This document shows positions 1 through 12,479 of a stretch of 64,000 bases of DNA, in pieces. The notes under the pieces are model-generated. The model was not told the origin of the DNA. It searched no databases and worked only from the letters and a program-made list of their open reading frames with translations. The position numbers and the translations under genes were made by a program. The DNA comes from Octopus vulgaris (lineage: Eukaryota). The DNA lies in contig OX597815.1 in assembly GCA_951406725.2 (NCBI GenBank), positions 14,322,001-14,386,000 of the forward strand, written 5' to 3'. Each line of letters begins with the position of its first letter. The stretch's first letter is position 1.

Positions 1-282
1 CTTGACACACACATAGCCCAATGTCATAATTCAAATCTAACGCAGCGAAAATTTTGAAAAGTTCCCCCAGTTCTGAAAAAATCGATAAATTCGACATGGG
101 GTCGAGAATCAGAAACACAAACCATAAACTGTCTAGGGGACGCAACTCCACCTTTTTTAAATCTCAAAAAAAATTTACCATCATTTTTTCCATTTTTTTG
201 CTATTTTTTGGCTATAACTCTCTAAAAATGCTTTATAGTTATTTCCCTTACAAACCTGAGCAACGCCGGGCGATACTGCTAG
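1..282 (+). mobile_element. 3' end of a non-autonomous Helitron
   Basis: Imperfect GC hairpin cctgagcaacgccggg (255-270), then 8 nt, then CTAG (279-282) and a flanking T. This matches the canonical Helitron 3' terminus. The 5' end lies outside the window. Confidence 0.7.
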
Positions 283-299
283 TAATTTCTAAATGGAAT

Positions 300-1286
300 G
301 GTTAACATGCGTTTAGATCTCATAGTTCTGACTCTTCTTCACACTACTATCGTAGTCTTTCTTAATTTTTTCCTTTATGTCTGCTTCTGTCTTTTATCGT
401 TTCCGGTTACACATAAGTATTTGTATAAGTAATTATGTACAGATTCTCGGCTTTCGCTGCCCTACGCATAATATATCATTCTCAGTCCTGGTTAATTTCT
501 CTTCTAGGTCACTCTCAACGCTAGTTATTACAGCAGCTTTGGGCTTATTCCATACTAATTTTTATGCTTTATCTCAATTCATGAAAACCTTTGAAAAGAT
601 TTTTTCCAGCTTGATATTTCTCGTAGATAGTTTCAAGTCAACCACATGATGGAGATTGTAGATAATTTGTTTTTAGCATCTGTATTCCATGATAATGTCA
701 TCCAGCAGATTTGTTAATGAGATCAAAGCCAGGCAGTGTTGGGGATAATAAATTACTTCGGAATATTCCCCTTCTTATGGGTAAAAAAAAGGTCTTGATT
801 GTCTCCACATTGCTTGCAACGCTATTGTTAACAATTTTGTCGTGGTATGACTGATTTACTTTCGTTTGGTTTAGAACTCCAGCATCGCCTTTATCTGAGA
901 GTATTGGAATGCTAGCACATGTCTTTCTATTTGATGCTAGCCTTTGCTTCCTTGTTTTGTTTTTAGTGTCTTCTACAATCGCTCGATTTGTATATAGTAT
1001 AACTGCTATTATATATCGATACATACCTTTTCGGCACCGTTTATTTTCATGTTGTTCTGGTGATATACTCTTTACCCTTTTACTCTTTTACATGATTTAG
1101 TAGTCATTTGACTGCAGCCATGCTGGAGCACCGCCTTTGGTCGAGCAAATCGACCCCGCGACATATTCTTTGTAAGCCCATTACTTATTCTATCGGTCTC
1201 TTTTGCCGAACTGCTAAGTTACGGGGACGTAAACACACCAGCATCGGTTGTCAAGCAATGCTAGAGGGACAAACACAGACACACAA

Positions 1287-1351
<65 letters not shown>

Positions 1352-2000
1352 TACGACAGGCTTCTTTCAGTTTCCGTCTACCAAATCCACTCACAAGGCA
1401 TTGGTCGGCCCGGGGCTATAGCAGAAGACACTTGCCCAAGATGCCACGCAGTGGGACTGAACCCGAAACCATGTGGTTGGTTAGCAAGCTACTTACCACA
1501 CAACTACTCCAGTTCATCAAATATATAACCAGCATGTTGTGTTTGTTTTCTGGCAATCATTTTATAGGACTAGATTTTGTGAGTCTCGAGTATACTGAAG
1601 GATGTGGATTAAAATGCTTTTCACCTCCAGCATCCAGTTAGATGTTGCTTCTTGTCTGTTTATTCTCTCTTTGGATGCTACTGCACGGAAACTAGTTAGT
1701 TGAGTCAACTAAAACTTAGAAATCTTGTTAACCGCCAGGTGCTTTCCAACAGGTTTAGTTTACAATGTGCTGGCGAGTTCTTTGCCAGTAATAATGAACA
1801 GTGCTACCGGTACCATTACGTAAAATGTATTTATCTCTTTACTTCTGATTCATTGTAGAATTTTAGTACACTAATTGTTTTTGTTCCATAATCTCCATCC
1901 AGAATACATGAAAGTTCATTGGTGTTGGTGTTGGTGTGCCTCCCAGCATTTTAAATGTCGTTAATGTCCCTGTAGAATCATTTGCTATTTGACTGAATTC
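300..2000 (-). pseudogene. Decayed R4/Dong-like non-LTR retrotransposon RT fragment, interrupted by a SINE at ~1066-1510
   Basis: Minus-strand frameshifted motifs occur in RT order: WKAPG (~1750), a W-LE-K-ILI..RPI..LP-like block (~1640-1545), an AWID-KK-DS-P-like block (~950-905), IRRGIFRSNLLSP (cf. RRGIFQGDSLSP; ORF 698-1024), and VVDLKL (cf. MDDLKL, ~645-628). Confidence 0.65.
1066..1510 (-). mobile_element. tRNA-derived SINE family 1, subfamily A
   Basis: Matches the other copies: A/B-box head, TTGGGCAAGTG CORE-like block, internal (TA)/(TG) tract, and tail GGCGGTGCTCCAGCATGGC...(AAAGAGT)n. Confidence 0.92.
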
Positions 2001-2259
2001 TTCGTATGTCTCAAAGCCTACTATTCTGTACGTTTTAGTTGCAATATTTTCTCTCTTGTTTCAAACGATTCATCTGTTTTATTGTTTATGTACGTGTTTC
2101 TTAATTGGGTACGTTTCCTTTTTTTCACGTTGGATCTCTCCTTTCTCCTTTCCTAGTTTGCTAAGTAACTACAAATCTTTCCTTTTTTCCCCTCTATTTT
2201 ATGTATCATATTTTCCTTTTATTTTGTAAAGAGGGAATTCGCTGAGAGATTATGAGAAT

Positions 2260-2690
2260 TAGAGTCAAGTCAAATTTTTCTCCGTGCATCCACTGATACA
2301 GAACAGATTTATCACTGACTATGTTGATATAAGGTTACACTGTTACCGTGAACAAAAAAGTGTTAATGTTGATTCTTGCCCAATGTTTTTTCTAATATTC
2401 TCTCCATTGAAAATTATATACACATTACTGCTACAGTCTAAATTTTGTTTGAAGTACATGATTTAAATTCCGTATAAATCGAAGGAATTTTCTTTGTTGG
2501 TTTCCACATTAGTGCGACGGCTGTGACGTAGCCCAAACCAACCGCTTATATCCATCACTGAAGAGGCTAAACACAGTTGAAACAACGTATCTGGCAGTTT
2601 GCTGATTTAATTTCAAACGGCATTCATTTCTAACACACATGAAATCCCCAAAGAGAAATTTCACAGCGATAAAATATTATAGCTAGCGGC
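2260..2690 (-). mobile_element. Penelope-like remnant: degenerate GIY-YIG on the minus strand, inverted pLTR piece with an HHR-like motif on the plus strand (2555-2595)
   Basis: Minus strand reads QNLDCSSNVYII...IGQ. Plus strand has CTGAAGA-GGCT-aaacac-AGTT-GAAA-caacg-TA. Confidence 0.45.
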
Positions 2691-3237
2691 GTCCTGCGCT
2701 TGTATATACATTATGCATGACACGTACCTCGTTATTGTAATCTACTGCTGTTTCTGATGAGTAGATTTTTTTTAATAGAATTAGTGATTTATTAGAATGT
2801 TCCGCTTCTCTTTTTTCCTTAATTACTTTTCTCTTCATGTTCAATCTTTTCGCCCAATATTTATCAATTTATACAATTATTATATGCGCAATATTTTCAC
2901 AGCACAATTGTGGAGTTAGGATGAACGAAACTCCATGAATTTTAAAGTAAAAATGTTTGAAGTTGTATAAAGATATGCAAATAAATATTTATTCATATGT
3001 ATATCTACATATATATACATATACATATACATATATATGCATATACGAATACACATATATATTTATACATATGTAAACATATATATATGCTCTTATATAA
3101 ACAGACATACATGCAAATATTCATGTATGTCTGTAGGAATGTACTGAGTCTGCATTGAGTATGCATTTTGATTTATGAAACTCCAATATGTACGTATGTA
3201 TGAATGTATGTATGTATTATGTATGTATGTATGTATG

Positions 3238-3275
<38 letters not shown>

Positions 3276-3379
3276 CATATATATATGTATATATATATAT
3301 ATATGTATGTATATATGTATGTATGTATGTATATATGTATGTATATATGTATGTATGTATATATGTATATGTATGTATG

Positions 3380-3695
3380 GATGTGTATCTCCATATGTGT
3401 GGGGTGTGTGTCTATATATGTGTCCTTGCGGGAAATAAAGTGTGTGTGTATATATACGGTCATATGTTTCAGTCTTCATCTATGTATGGAGGACTGCTTT
3501 TTGTCATCATATTGTCTCAAATGTTCATTTAGTCGTTCCGCAATGCTCCTAGAGTAAATGGCTCTTTGAGACAAAAAGCAGTCCTCCATACGCAAATGAG
3601 GACTGAAACACATGACCATATATACACACACACTTTACTTCACACAAGGACACATATGGAGACACAGATCCACACATATAGAGATGCACATCCAT
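3380..3695. repeat. Fold-back inverted repeat, ~125-bp arms, ~60-bp spacer
   Basis: 3380-3505 is the reverse complement of 3567-3695, e.g. ggaggactgctttttgtc / gacaaaaagcagtcctcc. Confidence 0.85.
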
Positions 3696-4277
3696 ATATG
3701 CAAACACGGTACACAGTTGCAAAACACACACACACACACACACACAGATTCAGATATTCACACACAAGGAGTCAGAGGGATACACTCACACGCGCAAAGA
3801 CACAAGCACACACATACACACACACACAGATAAACATAAAAACACACAAATACGTACACGCAAACATATGAATATGCAGAATACATGCATACAAATGTAC
3901 ACACATACATATATGTATATGCACGCACACACATACATGCATACATACACACATGTGCATACATAAAGACATGCATGTGCATGCATACACACACACACAC
4001 TAACGCATGCGCAGAAACAAACAAAAAGGAACGCAGTGTGAATAACGAAGAGAATCAAAACTATTGAAAAGATGGCAAGACGCAACGAAAATTTTAGAAA
4101 AATTTTTAAAATAAGTGGAAATTTTACCGGTGAGTGTGTTGAATTATAAGGCGCTAAAAGAGAGTGACTCTCCCCAGACACATCAGAATATGCTTCACCA
4201 CACGAACTCACATAAAGAATCTTGCAAACCAAATCTCGCCAGTTATTAAGGCAAACAAAATGCATTTTTGTTTGTGT

Positions 4278-4340
4278 TAATAGCTGACGAGATGCCGGAT
4301 CAGACTTCTGCTTCGACATCCGAAACTCTGAGTTTTATTA
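4278..4340 (+). ncRNA. Type-I hammerhead ribozyme-like motif, copy 1
   Basis: TAATAG-CTGACGA-GATG..CATC-C-GAAA-CTCTGAG-TT-TTATTA. Confidence 0.6.
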
Positions 4341-4361
4341 TGGCAACCGACTAATTGTCAC

Positions 4362-4437
<76 letters not shown>

Positions 4438-4612
4438 ACACACGCACACTCACGCAATTAAATCCATATAGTTTATCCAAATAAACAGATACATATCCGT
4501 GATGCACGTAAAACGATTTCCATGAATAAAAAATCCTAGACATAAGTGTGCGTGTATATGTATTTATTTCGTTTTTGGGATTTGATTTGCAGGATTCTTT
4601 ATTTGTTTGTGT

Positions 4613-4674
4613 TAATAACTGATGAGATGCCGGAGCAGACTTCCGCCCCGATATCCGAAACTTGAGTTTTATTA
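4613..4674 (+). ncRNA. Type-I hammerhead ribozyme-like motif, copy 2
   Basis: TAATAA-CTGATGA-GATG..TATC-C-GAAA-CTTGAG-TT-TTATTA, with a perfect 6-bp stem I and a near-palindromic stem III. Confidence 0.68.
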
Positions 4675-4771
4675 TGGCAACCGACTAATTGTCACGTATT
4701 ATATTATAGATAAATTCCTCTATTTACATAATATCGAGGTTTCATTCATTCTTTTGTTGTCATATTATTAC

Positions 4772-4806
<35 letters not shown>

Positions 4807-4808
<2 letters not shown>

Positions 4809-5135
4809 GAGTGAGAGAGCAGCGCATGCCATCAAAATGACACTGGGGTTAAAATATACGAAGCCCAGTATAGCCATCATGACTACCCGTCTGATAAGGG
4901 TACACCAGGCACGTGCATCACAACCATATGTGCACAACAGGATGATCTCATATCAAGATAAACAGCACATGACCTTGCAGGTGGGGCCCAGTTAGAATTT
5001 TCTTCTGGTCGAGTACACCATCCCGCTCAAAAGGTCCCTGAATAAGGGCTGTTTAAGGATGTTGAACGAACCACCCATGTTTCCAAAGGTGAATTATCCA
5101 AACCTCCAAGAATTCCTCTCAACACACGGCTATTA
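4807..5135 (-). mobile_element. Probable retroposed element (SINE-like or LINE 3' UTR) sitting within a (TAA)n tract
   Basis: A complex, GC-richer 330-bp island flanked on both sides by (TTA)n. On the minus strand it ends directly in an (AAT)n tail. Confidence 0.5.
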
Positions 5136-5258
5136 TGCTCCTCCTTATTATCATTATTATTATTATTGTTGTCGTTGTTGTTGTTGTTGTTGTTATTGTT
5201 GCTGCTGCTGCTGTTGTTTTTGTTGTTATTTTTATTATTATTGTTGTTGTTATTATCA

Positions 5259-5340
<82 letters not shown>

Positions 5341-5823
5341 AAGAGAAATAGGAGTGATACGCACAAGGGAGGGAAAGAAAGAAGAGTAAAGAATGAGAGA
5401 AAGAGAGAGAGAATCGTATTATATATAATTATAAGGGAAGTATAAGAGCCTCAATTGTAGTCAATTAGTATCATCAGTAATATAGTTAGGAATCAACTCA
5501 AAATCGCTGTGTTGTGTATTTGTAAGATAACTCAATGATTAAGGTGACATTGTGTTTTGTAGAGCTCAACACAGCGGTTAATTCAATTCAGATCCCTTGA
5601 CACCGTTGGATTAAGTGTCCTCACCGCTTTTCACAAAGAAAACATACTTGAGATTCTTGATACATACATGATTAATCAGCAAGAAGTGAAGAATATTCAA
5701 CATCTCAAACTTGTGATGGATTTCCATGAAAATATTCTGAAGTTTGATAACATTCACGCTGTCCCAAGGAACGTAGGCAAGGAAAAGAAAGTCAAAAAGG
5801 GTAAATCTATGTATGTATGCATG

Positions 5824-5857
<34 letters not shown>

Positions 5858-5894
5858 TGTATGTATGCATGCATGCATGTATGTATGTATATAT

Positions 5895-5934
<40 letters not shown>

Positions 5935-5999
5935 TATATCATATATCATATTATATATGTGTTCTATATTATATATATGTATGTATAAATACATATATG

Positions 6000-6031
<32 letters not shown>

Positions 6032-6193
6032 CATGTATGTGTGAGTGAGTGTGCATGTGAATAGATATGAATATATACATATATAAATATATTTGCATAT
6101 ATTCATATATGTCTGTATGTGTGTGTATCTATATGTACATACATGTGTGTATTATATATATATATATATATATATGGAGAGAGAGAGAGAGAG

Positions 6194-6238
<45 letters not shown>

Positions 6239-6258
6239 CCTCACTGTCCCTTTCTCTT

Positions 6259-6305
<47 letters not shown>

Positions 6306-6778
6306 CGCTCACTTTCTTATCCTACTCCGTCATATCTCTCTGTCTACTTTATTATTTAGTGGAGGTCGATTTTCGAAGCCTTCAAGTATTCACTAGAATA
6401 TCATCTTAGTCTCTTAGAGTTTCAAAGAAAAGAAATGCAACTAGAAACCAAAAGCAACAACAAAATCGTCTGCAAAACTGAGGATGTTGGCAACACAGAA
6501 ATAATGGATAGAGCAAGGAACATCAAAACAAAATATGAAAGAAATGAAACGATAAAGGAAAAACTTAAAGTAAATGCAATAATAGACTGGATGACAGATT
6601 AGAGATTAGGAACAGTTTATTGATATCTCAAAGACTTCACTGGCTCTTCTTAATACACATGCGCACGGAGTCACAAAGCTGTGTGTGTATGGATCTTTAT
6701 GCGGATGCGCTCACGTGTGTATATAGTGTGTATATACATACATACATTTTTGTATATATATATGTATATATATATATA

Positions 6779-6902
<124 letters not shown>

Positions 6903-7053
6903 GTACATACATGCACACATACATACACGCATATATACATAAGCGCACTGTGACTGAGAGAGAGATGCCTGTAAACACGCACTCGCGAACATATATATAG
7001 CATGTATATACAAACATACATATATACATACATATATATATATATATGTATAC

Positions 7054-7138
<85 letters not shown>

Positions 7139-7226
7139 ACATACATACACACATACATACACGCATACATACATAAGCGCACTGTGACTGAGAGAGAGAT
7201 GGCTGTAAACACGCACTCGCGAACAT
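6903..7226 (+). repeat. Direct duplication of ~90 bp (6903-6993 and 7137-7226) separated by (TA)n
   Basis: cataagcgcactgtgactgagagagagatg(c/g)ctgtaaacacgcactcgcgaacata occurs twice. Confidence 0.9.
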
Positions 7227-7520
7227 ACAACATACACATACACAAATATGCATATATGTGCGTATATATACACACTCACAGATCTATATATACAACACAT
7301 GCATAGAAATATAAACGTGTGTGTGTGTATGTGTGTGTCTGTGAGTGCGTGCAAATATATATGTGTATATTTATACGTGTTGTGTATTTGTGTGTATAAA
7401 TTGTACATAATTTATATAGTCACAACTGAATATATTTATAAAGATACACTTATGCTTCCACACACATATATGTATGTACGTAAATATAAATATATTTATG
7501 TGTGTGTAGGAGGATAGAAC

Positions 7521-7560
7521 GATAGATAGATAGATAGAACGATAGATAGATTGATAGATT

Positions 7561-7630
<70 letters not shown>

Positions 7631-7632
7631 AT

Positions 7633-7705
<73 letters not shown>
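7521..7705. repeat. (GATA)n microsatellite
   Basis: Directly visible. Confidence 0.97.
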
Positions 7706-7706
<1 letters not shown>

Positions 7707-8861
7707 AATAGCTTTTCAGATATTTACACAAAAGAGGAAGCTAATATTTAGTATGAAAATAATATATTTCCGAAATCATTCTATAAAATCCCCGGCGGGA
7801 ATTCAGCCCATGAAAATGGACAGAAAATCAAGAATCAAATATTGGAATGTAATGGAAATTGAATGTTGTTGCATATATAACATATTGACATCTAATACCA
7901 GGACTTTATCTATTTTCATATTATTTATGAGGAGTAAGTAAACTATGAGGATTATTCAATAATCATCTTATATAAAAATAACAGTGGCATAAATGTAGTC
8001 ATGGTTGACTATACATGTAATTAAATAGTCAGAAATTCACTGCGACTTTTTTCCTGACGAACGCACATCTTTAACGCATCGTACACTACATTAAAAAGAC
8101 TGCACTATTAATGCCAGAAAATATTTAGTAATTTTATCAACTGCAAACTCTCCATAGAACTTAGCTGAAGTACACTGTTCTCACACTTGGAATGGTGCAA
8201 CTGTTAATTCGCCCTGGCGTCTAAGAGTGCAGCCAAAGAAAAGGGTAACTCGATTCATTCGCTGAAATCGTTCGCCAACATATTTCATCCTTGATCGCAC
8301 AGCTATGCTGCCTCTTCTCTATTCTGTTTCTATCTCTATTATAGATGGTCCGTTATGCATTATGTTTACATAGGCTCTCCAGACCCACACTTCAGTATCT
8401 TAGAAAAAATTTATTTTTCGATCATCTTGCTACCGTTCAAGATCTTTAACAATAGTGTCGCTGCTATCTGACTTGTAGTAAAGAAAATAGTCACCGACAA
8501 ATCCATTAAATGAAGAAAAATTGCACTTCAATCGAAAGGCACATGTTGTCTGTTTAGTATCTTCTTCTCATTACCTCTGTCAAAAGAAACAGCTATATTG
8601 CCAACCCTTTGATCTAGTTACTTGTACATAACTTTTTGACATTTCTCGGATGTTTTTTCTATTTGTTTTGTTTCGTATCTTTTTACTATACATGTTCCAA
8701 TCTTGATCTATGGGCCCCGAAAACGTTGTATCACATTTTTTTGTCCATGTTTCAACTTCGCTAAACCATTCTCTAAATGATATTTCTTTAAAACTATTGG
8801 TACGCTGAAGCTAGTTAATTTGTTATCAAAAGTACCGAAAATTGAAAACTTCATATAAATC

Positions 8862-8913
8862 TATGTATGTATGTATGCATGCATGCAAGCATGTATGTAT
8901 GTATGTTTGTATG

Positions 8914-8947
<34 letters not shown>

Positions 8948-9045
8948 TGTATGTATGTATGTATGTATGTATGTATGTATGTATGTATGTATGTATGTAT
9001 GTATGTATGTATGTATGTATGTATGTATGTATGTATGTATGTATG
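8862..9045. repeat. (TATG)n microsatellite
   Basis: Directly visible. Confidence 0.97.
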
Positions 9046-9507
9046 CATGCAAGCATGTATGTACATGAATTCATATGTATTTGTACATAATTGGTGGACC
9101 TGTTTGAGATTTTTCTCGTCATGTTTTTTTTTTTTCATTACCATGTATTTCGAATTTGATTATAATGTACGTTTCGAGTAATCACAGAGTTTATATCAGC
9201 AATAAAACGTTAAATCGCAGCTAAACTCCAGGTGTTCTTGTCAGAAAGATAGCAAGAAAAATATAGAAAGATGGACAGAGAGAGAAAAGGAGAAAGAGAC
9301 GGTAAGTTTCAGCGTTTATTAACGCTTCATTAGTGACCAGTTGCTCGTTTCCTGTCCGTATTAAGAATATTAGTTATTTTAGTATACTCAAAATCGGACG
9401 GAACTAAATTAGTCTGTTAATTTTCATAATAGTGTAATCGATGGAAGCGTCAATTAATTAATCCAAGCATATTGTGTTTGTACCGATTAATAAGTGTGGG
9501 CGCACGA

Positions 9508-9573
<66 letters not shown>

Positions 9574-9706
9574 GAGATAATGGTGTCATTTAGACCCAAA
9601 CGTGCCAGGTAATGATGAATAAGTGCTATAGACAGACCATAGTTAAGTTCCAGATTCGGTAATATTGCGAATAAATGGTTCAACATTCATTCAATGTCAG
9701 CATGTG

Positions 9707-10028
9707 TATATAAGAATTTTTTGCATAATACGATAAAAAACCAAGGCTGTATAGATGTTAGAGTATTTATAGATAGAAGGTCTTACTGCTGTTTCTAGGA
9801 TATTAATTAATAATATCCCTTCATCGGAGACGGTGTGTGAGGAAAAATTTGTCATAGTTTGTATCACATCGAAACTAACTATTACTTAATTTTTCCTCTC
9901 ACAACGTTTCCGATGGAGGGATATTATTAATTAATATCCTAGAAACAGCTGTAAGACCTTCTATCTATAAATGCTCTAATATCTATACAGCCTTGGATTT
10001 TTATCTTATTACGCAAAAATTCTCATAT
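9707..10028. mobile_element. Fold-back element (~140-bp arms), each arm carrying a minimal HHR-like motif; PLE pLTR-derived
   Basis: 9707-9850 is the reverse complement of 9888-10028. Motif TCT-CCGATGA-AGGGATATT..AATATCCT-A-GAAA-CAGCTG-TA-AGA (consensus of both arms) at 9781-9830(-) and 9907-9956(+). Confidence 0.75.
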
Positions 10029-10438
10029 AGGCGCAGGAGTGGCTGTGTGGTAAGTAGCTTGTTTACCAGCCACATGGTTCCGGGTTCAGTCCCACTGCGT
10101 GGCACCATGGGCAAGTGTCTTCTACTATAGCCTCGGGCCGACCAAAGCCTTGTGAGTGGATTTGGTAGACGGAAACTGAAAGAAGCCCATCGTATATATG
10201 TATATATGTATATATATATATATGCGTGTGTGTGTTTGTGTATCTGTGTTTGTCCCACTAGCATTGCTTGACAACCGATGCTGGTGCGTTTATGTCCCCG
10301 TTACTTAGCGGTTCGGCAAAAGAGACCGATAGAATAAGTACTGGGCATACAAAGGAATAAGTCCCGGGGTCGAGTTGCTCGATTAAAGGCGGTGTCTAGC
10401 ATGGCCGCAGTCAAATGACTGAAACAAGTAAAAGAGTA
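10029..10438 (+). mobile_element. tRNA-derived SINE family 1, subfamily B, full length
   Basis: Starts AGGCGCAGGAG; A box TGGCTGTGTGG; B box GGTTCAGTCCC; ends GAAACAAGTAAAAGAGT. Confidence 0.95.
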
Positions 10439-10500
<62 letters not shown>

Positions 10501-10706
10501 CAAAAAGACAATAGAGGGCATTAAAACGTTCGGACAGAGAGACGACACAAAGGCGGACAAGAGAAACAACGATTAGAATGACACGCAAAAAAGACGGGTC
10601 ATTCTTGGTTTTCTTTCTTCAACACACACACACACACGTGTGTGTGTGTATATAGATATGTGCGCGCGTAAGTGTATGTATGCATATATGTACTTATAAC
10701 TACATC

Positions 10707-10748
<42 letters not shown>

Positions 10749-11254
10749 TAAGCATACACACACGTGCGCGCGCATGTATGTGTGTGTGCGTGAGGAATTA
10801 GGGTGATACATTTTCATTAATCTATTACTGGTGCAACGTAATGCCAATTATGAAATGCGTTTCATAATTTAATTCATACACAATAACTTCGAGAACGACA
10901 ATAACATCATTAAGAATAACATCGACATCTCATACCCAGCAAGTTGTGGTCGATAATGGGTTACAATAACATCATCTACAAGAACGACAATAACAGAAGG
11001 AAAAGAAACAGATGATAATCATGATGATGATGATCATCATCATCATCATGACGACGACGACGATGGTGACGATGATGAAGAATTGTTAGCAGTAGAATAA
11101 TTATTAGGTTTAATTAGGTTTGTGAACAATCTAGAGATTGGAGTAATTATGGTTACCGTTTAAGAAGTGGAGGACATTCAGTGAAAATGTATTAACACAT
11201 TTATGTTCCAATACAAACACGCACAGCTATATACAGATATATATATATATATGC

Positions 11255-11285
<31 letters not shown>

Positions 11286-11339
11286 TATAGAGAGAGAGAG
11301 AGAGATATTTATATATATAGATATATATAGATAGATAGA

Positions 11340-11461
<122 letters not shown>

Positions 11462-11544
11462 TAGATAGATATTTATATATATACATATATATATTTAGAT
11501 ATATATATATTTATACATATATAAATACATATATATATATATAC

Positions 11545-11594
<50 letters not shown>

Positions 11595-12089
11595 GTATGT
11601 ATGTGTATGTATATGTATGTATGTACAGCTTTATGTACTGATGCTTGAACATAAGCGTGGTCGCTATTAACAAGAATATTTGCAATGCCACCGTTATAAC
11701 AAATCCAGGACAGTTTTCCTTTGTCTAAAACTCCTCAAAGAGTTCTTTATTCCAGAGTATTTGGAATATCCAGTACACACTCTCATACACATACGCATAC
11801 ATACAAATATACACGTACAAACACACACATACATACGTACATACATACATAAATACACAAAGACAGACAGATAAACAGAACAGACAGGCTGGTGAGACAC
11901 ATACAGGGATGTATTGACATTGTTTACCTACGTTTTTGTCTGTGATTACTTTCACACTTCTCTCAAATTATTGGCCCTGTACCAATATTATAAATCATGA
12001 TGTGTTGTATATATGTGCGCGTGTGTGCGTATGTATGCGTGTCTATGCGTGTGTGCGAGCGTGTAGTCTTGTATGCAGTCATATATAGT

Positions 12090-12380
12090 TGGATGTATGT
12101 AAAATTTTGATGTTCAAAAACTAGTTTTATAGAAAATTCTTTCAAAATTCTTATTTTGTAAATCATTCATTAACGTGTGTTGGTTGAACTATGAAAATTC
12201 TTATAGAAAGAAACCTAGTATCTTCTTGCAAAACATACCAATACACACATCTAAATCAATTTTTTTCAGGGGCCCTTAAAATACTATGGCAGATACCCAA
12301 TTTATTATTTTGTTGCATGGAACTCCAAAAGCCTTATTTGGACTCTCAGTGGCCATAAGGACCACGGTTGAGAACCCCTG
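12090..12380. mobile_element. hAT (Charlie-like) non-autonomous element, right end
   Basis: Terminal ggttgagaacccctg is the reverse complement of the hAT-type TIR CAGGGGTTCTCAACC. I did not identify the left TIR. Confidence 0.5.
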
Positions 12381-12479
12381 CTTTAAACAATCAGCCTTCT
12401 GAAACGAAAGCAAATGGCTTAAACACAGTCATAGACTTACCATTATTTTCTCCTCTATATGAGGAACTGACTTCTATAT

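Noticed and set aside
1108-1641. Recurrent ORFs containing RLPNPLTRHWSARGYSRRHLPK
   Set aside because: Antisense translations of SINE family 1, not a gene family.
8000-8800. Possible mariner/Tc1 transposase fossil on the minus strand
   Set aside because: Only faint motif echoes and no TIRs found; needs an HMM search.
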